From Blasia pusilla (taxonomy: Eukaryota), in the NCBI GenBank assembly GCA_050084515.1, contig CM114271.1, positions 4,898,001 to 4,962,000 on the forward strand: a DNA stretch of 64,000 bases, in the 5' to 3' direction. Positions within the stretch are counted from its first letter, which is position 1. Every line of letters starts with the position of its first letter. Of this stretch, positions 28,837 to 42,010 are shown piece after piece. The translations under genes were made by a program, and so were the position numbers. Below the pieces are notes generated by a model. That model saw nothing but the letters and a program-made list of their open reading frames with translations. It ran no database searches and was not told where the DNA came from.

Positions 28837-28975
28837 CCCGTCCTTTGGAGGACCCACACATGTTGGATTTAAAAATAATTAAATTAAGAGGAAAATAAAA
28901 CCTGGTGACCCCGTCCTTTGGAAGACCCACACATGTCATGTTGGATTTAAAAATAATTCAATTAAGAGGAGAGAA
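28837..28975. repeat. Short tandem duplication (~70 bp)
   Basis: CCCGTC(C)TTTGGA.GACCCACACATGT..GGATTTAAAAATAATT.AATTAAGAGGA occurs twice. Confidence 0.8.
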
Positions 28976-28999
28976 AAACCCAGTGGACCTCATGGTCAC

Positions 29000-29800
29000 A
29001 TTATACTATTAAAAGCGTTAGCCCTTTGCTAAGATGCTCCGAGGAACGCCACATGTGAAGCCTGTCAGATATCTAATTATTGTTTAATTTTCTCTATACT
29101 AAGCTAGGATTTGAAGAGAAAAAAGTTTTGTTTAAATAAAAAATTAATTATTTTTAAAATATAAATATAAAAACAAGAACGGGTAAGGTTTTCATAATAA
29201 TAATTTATTTATAATTAACCCAAATTGAAATAACTTCCCCGTTGATCTTTAGAGTCTTTTTCATTTTTTAATCTTTCCTCATTTGAAAATTTCAAATCAC
29301 TTTTTCAAGGTTCATGCAAACGAAAATTTAAAGTTTGGTTTTGAGGGAAAATTAATTTCTGTTTTGGGAAAAAAATTTAAAAGGATACTAGGACTCTAAT
29401 GGGAAAATAATTATTCTTCAAAATAAGGGAAGACATATTATTTATATTTTATTTTTAACTTTCAAGTTCGATTGGGGGAAAATTTAATCCCTCTTTAGGG
29501 AAAAAAATCATCAAAAGAATTTATTTTCTCTTATTTATTGAGAGACGGGGATTGGAAAAGGATAAATTATTTTTTAAAAATTAATAAAAAAATATATGAA
29601 AAATTGAATGTATTATAAGTCTAATATACATATAATATATGAATTAGATGTATTATAAAGAAATTTATTTTTCTTAAATTTTTTACATTTATTCAAAAAT
29701 TAAATATCTTCTAATTTCACATTATCATCTTCCATCATGTGAGTTCTTTCATTCCCAGCATGTCACCCCGAGCATCATCGGACGGGAAAAAAATTACTAG
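29000..29800 (+). mobile_element. Non-autonomous Helitron
   Basis: 5' TTATACTATTAAAAG; AT-rich body homologous to 21050-21500; CCCG..CGGG hairpin then CTAG|T at 29797-29801. Confidence 0.7.
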
Positions 29801-30774
29801 TACTAATGATGCAAATAAGTTTTTTAGAGTGCCATTGATTTGAATAGTGAAATTCCTTGGCAATTTACGAGGAGTTCTCCCCACTTTAACATTCTCACCC
29901 GTTCTACTAATATCACATAGCAAACTCGGAAATCTAAACAAGATTACAACCTTAAAGAGAAATTAAACCAGCGACATTAATGACGGTGAGCAATGGAAAC
30001 ATCACTTTCCATTACCCACTCTCACATAATTACCAGAAATAGAACTTAGGATAACGGCATCACCGGCACCAAACACCGAAAGATTCATTAATTAATCAAT
30101 AAAAATAGCCAACAAATGACATCATTCTCGAGACTAAATTTCGAACCCAATACACTAGGCAGTAGGGACCCGCTCCATCGAATAAATAAAATAAGACCGC
30201 AAAGACAATTAAAAAAGAAACCACAAGCAGAAAGCAGCGGGAAAACTGAAACTCATGGGTTGCGGTAATTCCCCCACCCCTCCCAACGTATTTATTTATT
30301 ACGATCATGATGATGACCATATCCATGCATGGCTGCACTCCACTGGCTGTTGTTGGTGATCCGTATTGATTGAGGAACTGAGGTCGAAGCACGGGAACTC
30401 ACGCCTCATTCCCCGGCGCACTACTGGCGACCGCCTCATGCGTTGCATCGCCATTAATTCAGTCATGCAGTAGCACAAAATGGAAAGAAAGAAAGAAAGA
30501 AAGAATGGTACAGCGGAAGTGGAACGAAGTGAATTCGTTCAACGCGAGAGTTTCACTTTGACTTTAGGAGGGAGGGAGGGATGGCGAGCAGCAGCAGACT
30601 TCGTGTGTGGATCGGAGCGAGGATTTAAATGGCCAGCGGGAAGTGAAATTGGGGAATGGGGCGGTGGGGGAATTTTCTCAGCTGCGCACATGGCGATGCA
30701 GTGGGAGTGCCAGTGATCGAGTAGACTGCGCGTTGCAGAACCGGAGTCGCGGCGGGGAAGCATCTGAGCTCGCG

Positions 30775-33700
30775 ATGGCGGTCCGTCTCGTTCTCATTCT
30801 GTGTGTGGTGGTAGTAGTGGCAGTGCGGGCGACTGTTGCTGTGAGGGACGAGTCTGCTGCAATCGGTGCGGTCACGTACACACATGAGGACGTCGTGTTG
30901 GAAGCGAGGCAGTCCGAGCTCTTCCAGAAGTGGCTGCGCAGGTTCCCGCGGGAGTATTCGAGTTCGGAATCCGAACGCTCGTATCGTTTCCAGGTGTTCA
31001 AGGACAACCTGCAATTCATCCATGCCCACAATCAAAACTCCGGAGCTTCGTACCGTCTCGGTCTCAACCGGTTCGCGGACATCTCGCACGACGAGTTCCA
31101 TGAGCGCTTCCTCAACGCGTGGTTCAACGTCACGGAGAGATTCTTCCCGCTTCTGGATGCCGGTGGCACGTTCACGTACGCGAACAGCTACATTCCAGAC
31201 TCAGTGGACTGGCGACCCAAAGGTGTACTCGCGCGAGTCAAGGATCAGGGAGTATGCGGTACTGGAATCCACCTCTCGCTTCTCAGGCTGCGTCGGTTGA
31301 CAGTTTTCTTTCTTTCTTGCTCAGCTAGGTGGAAGTTGTCGTCTTTAGGATGTTTTGTCTTAGAAGAACAGCTGAGTGGTTCTGCTATATACTGAGTGCA
31401 GTATGGAAGGGAATCACTAGCTCGAAATCCTCTCTAGTATGACTTTTCGAAAGTCGATAGTTCTACAGTCCTCAGGATCACGAGCACCTGCTGGAAATCT
31501 CCGTTGAGGTGTTTGGTCCATAGCTCTGTGGGTGTGCACTATCATGCATAACACCGAATGAATCGCGAGCTGGAAGTCGTCGCTAGGACGCGCAGTCGAT
31601 CGATGGGTGGTTTTTCCAAGCACACATTGTGATGAATGACGAGCTGGAAGTCGCTGTCGGTATGTGTGGTCGATGGGGCTGTGGTTATTTTACAAAGTAC
31701 AGCATGGAACGTACCGCATACGTTGTCCTTGGATGAATCCACTCCATTCGCACGAGTTGTGGGAACTTTTTGCCCGCTTTTGATTCTTGGTCAAGCGAGA
31801 ACTTTTTCTTGTTTCAGTAGCTGGAAGTCATCTTTCGGAGCTCGCGTGGATAGTGGTTGCACTACGTCCACCATTGACAGAATCACTTATGGGGTCCTCA
31901 GTTCACACTTTGTCCCAGCTACCATGTACTTGCAGCTGCTTCCAACAGCCAAGCCATCGTAGGATGCCTTCCCCACCGTTAGGTAATCGAGGCATGATGG
32001 AATGTGGCAAACCAGAGCACGAACCTGTCAATGCGGTCACCTTTGCCATTCCTAAAGCCTTCACTGGACTTCCCCATTGCAGCTGCTTTAGAAATGGGGA
32101 AAGCCAAAAGGAACTCTTTTCGAAACACTCGAACTCACCGGACTCTGGTTGTGGAGACCACATCGCAGCTGCTCAGAAATAAGCGAGGCTGGAAGAATTC
32201 TTTCGAAGCGCTCGTAGTCACTGGACTTGGCATGGGGAGTGGTGGCCGTCGCAGCTGTCTAGAAACGGGAAAGAGTGGAAGAACTCGTTTTGAAACACTC
32301 AGAAGCCACTGGACTGAACAAGCAAGGCTGGAAGAATTCTTTCGAAACGCTCATAGTCATTGGACTAGAGGAGAGGTGACCATTGCAGCCATTGAGATAT
32401 GTGATAAACTGGAAAATCCCAAAGTTTAAGGACTCCAAACGCACCTTCTCTGCTTACCGAGGTGTGCCAACATTGTGCAGGAAGTTGTTGGGCACATGCA
32501 GTGGTTGCGGCAGTGGAGAGCATCAACAAGATCGTGACGGGAAACATGATCGAACTCTCCGAACAGCAGCTGATGGACTGCAATACGGCCAATGGTTTCG
32601 TGAGTGGGTGTGGAGGAGGTGCTTTGCCCACTGCTTACAACTATATCATCCAAAATGGGGGCATCGACTCCGAAAGCGACTACCCCTACATGGGCCGTGG
32701 TGGGTGGTGCAGTTACAACAAGGTATAGGCTCTTGACCCTTCTAGAATTCGCATCTGTGGGTCTCCAGTCTCCCCAGTCGAACTTTCGATGTAGATGAGC
32801 CCTACATCGTAACGTTCATGGGTGAATAAGGAACGGTTTTCACTACTTCATGCAGTTTACGAAGAGACATCAATTCGATGGATCTAGAGCTTTTCATCAA
32901 GTTTTGTGGCTTCTGCTTGCAGCAACTTTTCGATTGAAAGTCTGCATGCTAACTGCCCTTCAGAGCCACGAATAGTTTTTGGGAAGTCATTTCTAAGAAC
33001 GTCGTGAAATCAAGTTAGATAAAGAACATATGGGAAGAGTCCCCATTGTGGAAATCAAGGTAGAAATGAACCACCAAGAGCAGATCCGCAACGAAATGGA
33101 AACCAATGCAAAGACCATTAGTCAGAAATTAGTCAGAAAGTCCGCATGTGAGAGGCCTCAACGTGGGAAATATTGGAATGTAAATGTGTATCATACGAAA
33201 GAGGATAATTCCCACTACGAATGGTCCAGTTGGGTCACTTTATGATCTAGAAAACTATCAGGCCAGTTGGGCTATGGATCCAAAAAATTATCTATGCATA
33301 CGTCGACCCTTCGATTAAAGGCTCGCCACCTCTCTCTTTGAAATAGCGCTCGACGCCAGAACTCTAGATTTTGGTGTCATTCTAAGACTCTGTCCATATG
33401 GCCGTCTGTCGTGCGTGCAGAGGAACGTGGTGAGCATCAACGGATACGGGAGAGTGCCCCAGAACGATGAGTCTTCCCTGATGAAGACTCTTGCGAATCA
33501 GCCCGCCAGTGTTGGTCTTTCAGCCAGTCGAGAGTTTCAACTCTACTCGCAGGTACGGGATGATTATGCAGTGTTCCGAGGCGAAAGCTTGGAATGGAAT
33601 TCTTACTCTCTGCTGTAAGCTGTCGAATTTCTCCGTTCACTCCAGCTAGAATTCTCGATTTTCTAGCGAACCCCTCCGTTGATCCCAACAACAACTACAA

Positions 33701-34141
33701 TTCAAACGATATGGGTGTGTCGAAGACCTGCAAAGGCTCGTTATCCGTAATCCTCTCTTGAAACCTCAGACTTCAGTGTTTCGAGCTAGTTCTCTAACTA
33801 GGGCGCTCGATTCTTGAGAGCAAAAAAAGTGTAGGAAGGTAGTTTGGAGGTTTTAGGATTGGGCTTGAAGATGGAAGTCGCCTGATGGTGGTCTTTATGT
33901 GCTGATTCTAAGACTTGGTGATTCCATGGATCAGGGAGTTTTCAGTGGACCTTGCGCTCCAACGAAGAACCATGCTGCACTGATTGTTGGTTATGGGAGA
34001 GACTCTGCCTCTGGGCTAAACTACTGGATCATGAAAAACTCCTATGGCACAGACTGGGGTGAAGCAGGATTCATGCGTATTCGACGTTCCCCTTCTGTTT
34101 GCCAAATGCTGGAAGACGTTGGCTACCCCATCAAGAACTGA
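30775..34141 (+). CDS. Papain-like cysteine protease (C1A, I29 prodomain); join(30775..31258,32481..32722,33421..33552,33935..34141), 354 aa
   Basis: Hydrophobic signal peptide; ERFNIN-type ([20 protein letters not shown]) and LNRFAD prodomain motifs; DQGVCGSCWA (catalytic Cys), GCGGG, NHA (His), YWIMKNSYG (Asn). All introns are GT-AG and phases are consistent (1065 nt, no internal stop). Confidence 0.95.
32050..32390. repeat. Degenerate minisatellite in protease intron 1
   Basis: Repeated GGAAGAA(T/C)TC..TTCGAAAC.CTC...TCACTGGACT units. Confidence 0.7.
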
Positions 34142-34730
34142 AACCACCATTCTTTAAGATATCCAAAACGCCCATTAGCATCGCAGCCATGGTTCCAAGG
34201 CCTCACGTTTCCACTCTCATGCCGATCAGGCCAATGTCCATAGCCCTGCTCGTGGGTCATTCTCGCGACGTCAATGGGCTCTCCACCTTTGGGGAGGTGC
34301 TTTCGACGACTCTCTAGAGATTCTTGGACGTGCGAGCTGCTCAGTGTAAAATTGGGTATCCTGAATATTATTAGTCGACATGAAGGTGGATTCTGGAGAG
34401 GTTGCCCCACTATTGTACTGCTTTCCAAGGTTCCACACATAGGGGCATTGTATCATTGATTCCTCCTTGAATGCAGGCTGTTAGAGCTCTCTGAGGTCAT
34501 TCAGCACGAGAGAAGAAGAAAGTATGCCCTGCTCACCATAACAGCTAAATATTCATTGTCTTTAGTCATTCACAACATTTATCAACTATTCTTCTCGGTA
34601 TCTCGATTCTCTGCCTATCTATGTATGTATGGGTCTGTGATGCTCGTGATAGACTGCCCTTGTAGGCTACCATCGAAGAGTCTTTTCGAATGCCTTTACT
34701 TGTGTGTGGAGACAAGTATATTGACTCTCC

Positions 34731-34878
34731 ACATATATCAAAAATGTATATTGATATGCTTTCTTCCGGAGTTCTAACATCTCCTTTTGACTTATGTCCT
34801 TTTTAGCCAATAGAATTGTTTGCCCTTTAAGTAAATGTATTCGACAGCCATTTGGTGCATGGCACGGGCACCAACTAG
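34731..34878 (+). mobile_element. Helitron 3' terminus / degenerate mini-Helitron
   Basis: GTGCATGGCAC hairpin + GGGCACCAACTAG|T. Upstream AATAGAATTGTTTGCC matches 21862-21877. Confidence 0.7.
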
Positions 34879-36140
34879 TTTGTGTCTAAGCATAATGGAA
34901 GTTGTTCCTCTGAAGTCCTTATGCTTCTATAAGCACAAGGGACAATATTGTCCCAGTTGTGGTTAGGTAACCATCCCATGCGGTTGGCTCCTTGCCCAGT
35001 CGCAATTGGGGTAGACGTGACCCTAGTATAGCAATCGTAAGAATAGTGTGATTTTTGGGTCTGAGGGTAACAAAGCTGCAGAAACTTGCGCGGGTGGTGT
35101 AACAGTGCGAATTTTGTTCAAACCCGATGAATCTCATCCGTCGGAACAACCAAGATCTGGGATCCTGAGGTCGGGTCGTGGTGACCCCGGCCGTGTGGGA
35201 CCGGGTCCTTAGAGTAAGTAAGAAACATGCAATAGGAAGTAGTAGGCGGATCCTTATATAATAATTCAGGTTTCAAAATCCTTCTCCCTACCGACCTTTC
35301 TACATGACTCCAATTAAGAGCAAAAGTATTTTTGAAGGAGGATTGACACGTTTCAAATGGAAGAGCAATTAAAAAAAAATCCTCCAATTAGTATACAGAT
35401 TCTCAATCAATAGTTTTGTTATTGATAGGAAAAGTATCAATTTTTTTTCCATGTACATATGGAGGAGAACAAGGAGGCAATAGTGTATGTGGATGGTATA
35501 CATGGCAAACAGCTGCTAGGAGCAATTACATGTTTACATTTTCAAGAATACAAGTAATCTCTTATCATTGAGTTGTCTATCTTTGTCTAGAAATACTTTT
35601 TTGTTTTTAGGTGATCACTAGTTATACGCGCTCATACTTGGCACATGTAAAGGTGTTCAACTATGCATGAGATATACATATATGATTTTTGAAATGGAAG
35701 TACTCGGTCACTTACATTTGTCTTTTGAGATTTCATTATGAAAATGTGTTCACCATTTGTTTGAGACTTTAGTTAGTCTTTCTTTATTGGGCTCATCACC
35801 TATCGATAATATTATAACATCAGTGGCCACTTATGGCACCGTCTATTCACAATCCGCAACTCTTTGTATTTTTTTTTGGTAATATGATAAATATTGTAAC
35901 TTGATAAATCATACTTGAATTTTCTTTTTCTTTTTTCACATTTTGAATTTGGCTTGCAACCACCTAATTTCTAAGAGACCACCTTTTGACTCTACTGGTC
36001 CTAATAATAGTAGGGCATGTAGTAGGACTAAACTAAGGGGTTATAATAAAGGCCAGAAACAACATAAGAAATACCCCTCCAAATTCCCCGTTTGAGGTTT
36101 CGGCCCAAAGCGGTGACCTATGAAAAAAGATATTTGGAAA

Positions 36141-36310
36141 CTAGTGGGCACAAAATCACAAATTACAAAATCTTTTTTCTTCCTGCCCATAGAGGGTGAA
36201 ACATTTTCTTGCTGCTTGTATAATAGGAAACATTTTCTTGTTGCAAGGTTGTCATATGTTTAGAAAGAGTGTTTGCAAATCAAGAAGGCACTCTCCAATA
36301 ATAATATAGA
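36141..36310 (-). mobile_element. Mini-Helitron copy
   Basis: Shares TTTGCAAATCAAGAAGGCACTCTCCAATAATAATATAGA with 41794-42010; CTAG at the left end. Confidence 0.7.
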
Positions 36311-36479
36311 TTTAAAATTATTTGTTGAAAACACGTGTGATTCTACCCAAAAAGAAAGATATCCCTGGGATAGGCTATGATAGGCCCGCAAATTCATGAG
36401 TCCAATATCTCTCTCCTATCTCAAAGGATAATGTCGTTAGACAGTTTCTTGGGCTATGTCTGGTCGGCACTCTCCCTTC

Positions 36480-38802
36480 TCTAGTATGATATTTTCTTTC
36501 TTCACTTATTCCTCCCTCTCACCCATCCCAGTCCCTAGATTCGTCCAACTACTGCGCCGGGACTGCATAGTGAGCAGTCTTTGTAGAGAGTTAATTTCTT
36601 AAGACTTCACTGTGTCTTTGGCTGTCACCCTTGTTCGCAAAGGAATTACAATCCTTTGCAAAGTCTACTAAGGAATATAATTACGAGTCCCAGGCTCCTT
36701 TGAATTGGGTCTCTCCGTGGACAGCTCACATTCATGGATTCTCTCAGATAAGGGGGGTTGTTTTGTGAAGAGTTTCTTGGCTGACACCTGACAGCTTCCG
36801 AAAAGCATGATGAGCGCTGACAAAGTATGAGAGAGTCCCAGTCATCTCATGTGGTACTTCACCTTTTGCACACGCAATCATCCCAGAGTTTCACACTCAC
36901 ACTATGTGATGGAGTCTCTCTCATACGGTACTGTCTTCAAATTCTCCTCCTTCTGCAGTGCTGCTGCTGCTGCACCCATCCCAGTCAGTAAAACTTGCAC
37001 GAGGTCTACTACCGTCGCAAGGCTTTGATTCTCACCACTTAAATGAGTACGGTCTCTCTCTTTCTACAAAGCTCTCTGCCAGAGCTGGAACTGTGGGAGC
37101 AGGAGACATTTATTATGGATTGATACTTTGCCAGAGCAGGGGGGAGACGAGAGCATTTGCAGTGACACGACAGCGAGGATGGAACAAAAGATTCAGACCT
37201 TCCTCTACTGACTGTTCTGAAACAGTGGATCTCAAGAACTGTTTTGCAGGGATTCCTTGGTTTGGAACACCACTCGAGTTCAAAGCTGGTATTTATCAGA
37301 GCTTTCGTCACGTCCAGTACCCCACAGTGACTGCCGGAGGTAGCTAGCGGGATGGTAAGAAATTCATTCTGGGCTCCACACTCAGAATTTGTTATTAGAA
37401 CATCTCGGTGAACACTTAAGAGGTTCTCTCAAACACCTTGGATGCGCAACTCTCACTCTATATGAGAGAGTCCCCTTGAATCATAAGAAAAGGAGGATGG
37501 GAACACAATTAAACTCTTGCGCCTTGTGTGACGATGGGGATGAAACCTCTAGTCATTACTTGGTCTCCTGCACAAAATTCACAACACACAGAGCAAGAGC
37601 ATGTGCTGATATTGCTAAGCTGGTAACACCAGAATTGCTCAACCCATTCAGTAGCCTCGATTCATTGCCCAAAGCTGCTGCACTGGTAAGTAATGTCTAT
37701 TGGGGATCCCAATCAGGTAAAGTAGATGGTGTGGTGAAGAGTTTCTTGGTTGACACTTGGAAGCTCCGTTCAAACACGTTGTTTGGTAAGCACACACACT
37801 ATGTGAGAGTGTCTCCCTCCTCTCATATGTTACCTTCTTCACTTGCTTCTCTCTCTACACCCATCCCAGTCTCGAGCACCGTCCAACCAAGGCGCGGGGT
37901 CTATGGTCGCAAGGCTACGGCAGACACTACTTAATGAGTACAGTCAGTATATGAGAGAGCCCCACCTCCATATGATTTCTCCACGCTTTACTACCTTTCA
38001 CCGATCCCTGGCACTGGCACGTCAATGCACCACAAAATCAGTACATGCTCACAAAAATGGGAAGACAGACCATGGAGACACAGCTCGATGATAGGAGCAC
38101 TGCCTTTTCAAATTCAGCTACCATGAGAGCATTAGACAGGAATTCCCTGAACTCTTCCTTGGCCCTCTCTCGAATTTGAGTACTTTTCATATCTGGTAGG
38201 AACCAGGTTGTTGAAATAGCCAAGTTTTTGAACATACTGGTGTGCTTGCTACGATGGATCAACTCAAACAGTTAGTTTCTGATTGCAATTGTGATTCATT
38301 TCGTTCATTCTCGCTTTCTCTCTTCGGCGCACAATGCTCAAGTTTAGAACAGTTAACTTGCGAAAATCTTGCCTTCTTTGGCTGTCACTGGTCTTGGATG
38401 ATCCGACATGTTTAGGTACCAGAACTGTTGTAATTCTATTCATTTAATCATTCTTTCACTCGGAATCTCTACCCAGGTGGAAGCTCTTTATTGCTAACCT
38501 GATATCATCCAAGCTATTCATCCTGCTGAGTAGCGTAGATTCACTGCCCAAAGCTACTGCGCTGTTTGGTGACTTGTTGTGGGGGACCCCAATCAGGAAA
38601 TGTAGTAGATAGTGTGTAGGGACTTTTCTGGCCGATATTTGAAAGCTCTGCACCGAGTTGGTACGAGAGAGTATTCTTCCTCTCATATGGTATTTTCTTC
38701 ACATCTTCCTCTCTCTGCTCCGATCTCAATCAATCTCTAGCACTGCTCAACCAGGGTGACTCCCAAGGCTTCGGAAGGCACAACTTAATGAGGGGTCTCT
38801 CT
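36480..38802 (+). mobile_element. Four 5'-truncated LINE 3'-end fragments (~36480-36580, 36640-37062, 37470-37945, 38450-38802)
   Basis: 37389-37934 encodes CALCDDGDETSSHYLVSC (LINE ORF2 C-terminal CCHC finger) and FLVDTWKLR. Copies share CCCATCCCAGTC-like and CAAGGCT..CTTAATGAG tails, two followed by (TC)n. Confidence 0.7.
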
Positions 38803-41207
38803 CCAGGAGTAGATGGCAAAATGCTTCAGTTGAACTGCACAATATCGCCACAAAGAGGAGGTCCTGAGTTCACTACCTAAACTCGTCACATTTGATTAGA
38901 TAGCAGAATGTCTCAGCTGAATCGCATAAGTTCGTCACAAAGAGGGAGATCCTGAGGTCAAACCCTACACTCTTCACATAGCAGTAGATGCCAGAATGCC
39001 ACAGCCAAACTCAACTCTCTCTCTCGCTCTCGCTGAGTTAGATTTCCATATGTTTGATAGTCATATCACCTTTGCTCCAGATTTGACACATTTTGTTTGG
39101 CTATGGTGGGAGATTTGTTTCTTTCTAAATTGAGGTATAATCAAGTACACACGCATGAAAGGCGCATGGCGTTCTCTCGAACATTAGTCATCCAGGCCCC
39201 ATGGTCCTTGCCCATCGTGCACTATGGAGTTGAATCAGTGACTTTCTGAGAAGATATTCAGTAAATTCAAGTACACCAGTTGGTCATCTACGGCTTGATC
39301 AAGAGAGACCAACCGTGACATCCGAAACCTGCTGGAGTCGGAATCCTAGCCTAGAAGCTTGAACCTGCTGGAAATTCTTACTACTGACATTAGGGGCTGA
39401 ACCCAGCCCCCAACTCCATAGTAAACTCTGACCAAGCTTCATTGAGAGTCCGAGCCTACAGTCTTGAAACCTGGTTGCCAATGCTCACCAGTTCATTACC
39501 CACTCTTTACATAGGAGATGATCACCCTGCTTCATGAAAATCCAAGCAAGACTAGAATCTTGGACCTGTGGGCAATCGTCTCCATTTCAGCTCTTGATAT
39601 TTGGGTTTGATCCTAACACCCCGCTGAAGAGAGAAAGCATACATAAACGAAGTACGAGATTTCAAAACCCCAAGAGTTTTCAAGGCTACCAGCCAAAATT
39701 TAAGAAGAAAAAGGTTTAAGAGGTCATCACAGTCCATTCAAGAAAAAGGAAACTTACATTGAAACCTTGCAATTTTCTCATGCCGTTCCATCTGTGGAAA
39801 TTAAAGATGGTATCTATTTTCCTTAATAGCATAGAGAAAAGCTAAATGAAGAATCCCAGCCTGCCGGCTTGAAAAGTGGTGGGCGTCTCAATAAAGAAAG
39901 TGTGACAGCCGTTGCCATCGGTGTTAAATATGGCAACAACTATAAGTTCATAACCCGTGGAAAGAGGAGTCAAAATCTGCCCTAACACTCTCCGTCTCTC
40001 TCGCCCCCCATCTCCGTCGACCTCCCGAGTCTGGAAAGGTGCGGCGTTTGGAGGCGTGCAGTTACGAGAATCAATGGAGAATCCATCTCATTACGCGACC
40101 GCTCCGCACTATTCCGTACGGATACTAACTAACGAGCTGCTGCTCTCATCGCCGGCCTTCCATTTTAACCCTAATGCCCCCTTCTTCCTTTTCTGGTCGT
40201 GTTGTGGCCTTCAGGTTTTGACTCTTTGAGTCCCCCTCTTTTGTACTTCCGATGGGTTTTCCATCACTCGTTTTTATCGAAGTGCATCTTTCTCCCTTTT
40301 AATCGTCGGCTTGAGGAGGACGCCTTCTGCGACGGTGCGACCAAGTGCTCCGCTCTTTGCCCTCTCATTTGTATCCTGATGTGTTTCCCATCCTATTTTC
40401 TATTTGTATATATTATACTTCCTCCGCTCGCCACCTACAGCCATGAGGACTCCTTCCTACTTTGCCAGGGAATCCGGTGGTAGGTAAGTGAGAGTGATCG
40501 ATCACTCAAAAGCCTCAAAAGTTCCAAGATTGAGGAGGACAACCTGAACATGTGCATGATGATATCGCCCGAGAGCGAGCTCCTTTAAATCGCACCGGTA
40601 ATTGACCTGACCTGCTGCTGGAGTCGAACACGCGCACAGCCCAGCATAGCCGAGTCTAGTCGAGGTAGGGATCATAATGGTGGATACTGCTTCCGGCTCT
40701 CCGACACGATCTACCATTTACTTAAGTCTAGCTCCTGTCATAATCGCGCGCTCCTGGAACTCAAGCACGACCGACACCATCTGCTCTGCTCTGCGGTGGA
40801 GGGTGCAGATGAGTTGCCAATGCGCACTCCATTGCCATTTCCAGCTCGGCCTCACTGGTGTTGTGAGCCACAAATTATGAACCTGAAATGAAATGAAATC
40901 AATGGCAGGGGCTGAGGAGCCGGCTTTACTGCTGGATTTTTAACGCTTTGTGCATGACATGTCGTCCACAGACGTGGGGGTTTCTTGCTGGTAGGTGGGT
41001 AGGTGGATGGATTCTTGCTGCATTCTCTTCTCTCGGAGAAAATGATAAACTTCAATAAAAACGCTTGTGGAAAACCCATGGAGGGGGGCATAGACAGCCA
41101 AAACCCGCCCTTAAAAGAAAAAAGGAGATCTTTGCCCCCTATCGATCAAGGGGATCAAATTGCAATTGGTTCGAGCCTACTGCAAGCAATGTTCTTCTCT
41201 ATATTTT

Positions 41208-41434
41208 GGTAGGGTGCTCCTGCGACACATGGGAAATAAAATAGTGTTTGAAGAGCTTTTGTTAGTGTATAATCCGTGAAAGGAAAAGATTAATGATGTT
41301 GCATACAAATTCAATCTTTTTTTTTTTTCTCTCCAATTACTTCTATATTTTTTCTTTCTCCCCAGTTGCCTCTATCTTTTTCAAATATAGAGGTGTTTGC
41401 AAATCAAGAAAGCGTTTTCCCATAATAATATAGA
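41208..41434 (-). mobile_element. Mini-Helitron copy (degenerate)
   Basis: Homologous along its length to 41794-42010. Confidence 0.65.
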
Positions 41435-41793
41435 TTTATCCTTGAGCTTTTTTCATGGTAAGGTATATCTTTTATAATAATGTGGATATTTATTTTACTT
41501 ACATCATAGAACTGGCACCATAAAATATCCATAGCCGGCCTTTTAATGGGGATTTCTCTTTTATCGGAGCTTTAGTAAGGTTTTAATTTTCATGCCCATT
41601 GAAGAAATCCATAATCTACGTGAGGTCGCTTTCCGTGTTCTTGGACAAGTTTTTTCATTTTCTCGGTCAATCACACACCAAATGTTATTCCTATTTTCAT
41701 TTTCCTTGAGCTTAACGGGTTTCTCCGCAAGTTTCCTATGACATTAATGCAAGTTTCTCCATAGTATAGACCCTAAAATCTCTTCAAACTAAA

Positions 41794-42010
41794 CTAGTAA
41801 GATGCCCGTGCGACGCACAGAAAATAAAAATTTGTTTGAAGAACTTTTGCTAGTGCATAGCTCGTGAAGGGACTAATGATGTTGCACACAAATTCAAATG
41901 TTTTTCTTGCTGCCCGTAGCATGTGCAACATTTTCTTGTTACCTAGTTGCCACGTGTCAAAGAGAGAAGAGTTTGCAAATCAAGAAGGCACTCTCCAATA
42001 ATAATATAGA
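41794..42010 (-). mobile_element. Mini-Helitron (217 bp)
   Basis: Minus strand reads A|TCTATATTATT...GTGCGTCGCAC hairpin, GGGCATCTTACTAG|T. Confidence 0.85.

Noticed and set aside
30607-30774. Longer N-terminus of the protease, as in the ORF track
   Set aside because: That ORF opens at a non-ATG codon. ATG 30775 directly precedes a signal peptide.
37950-41200. Possible host gene or pseudogene exons (short ORFs on both strands)
   Set aside because: No recognisable domain or consistent splice model by eye.
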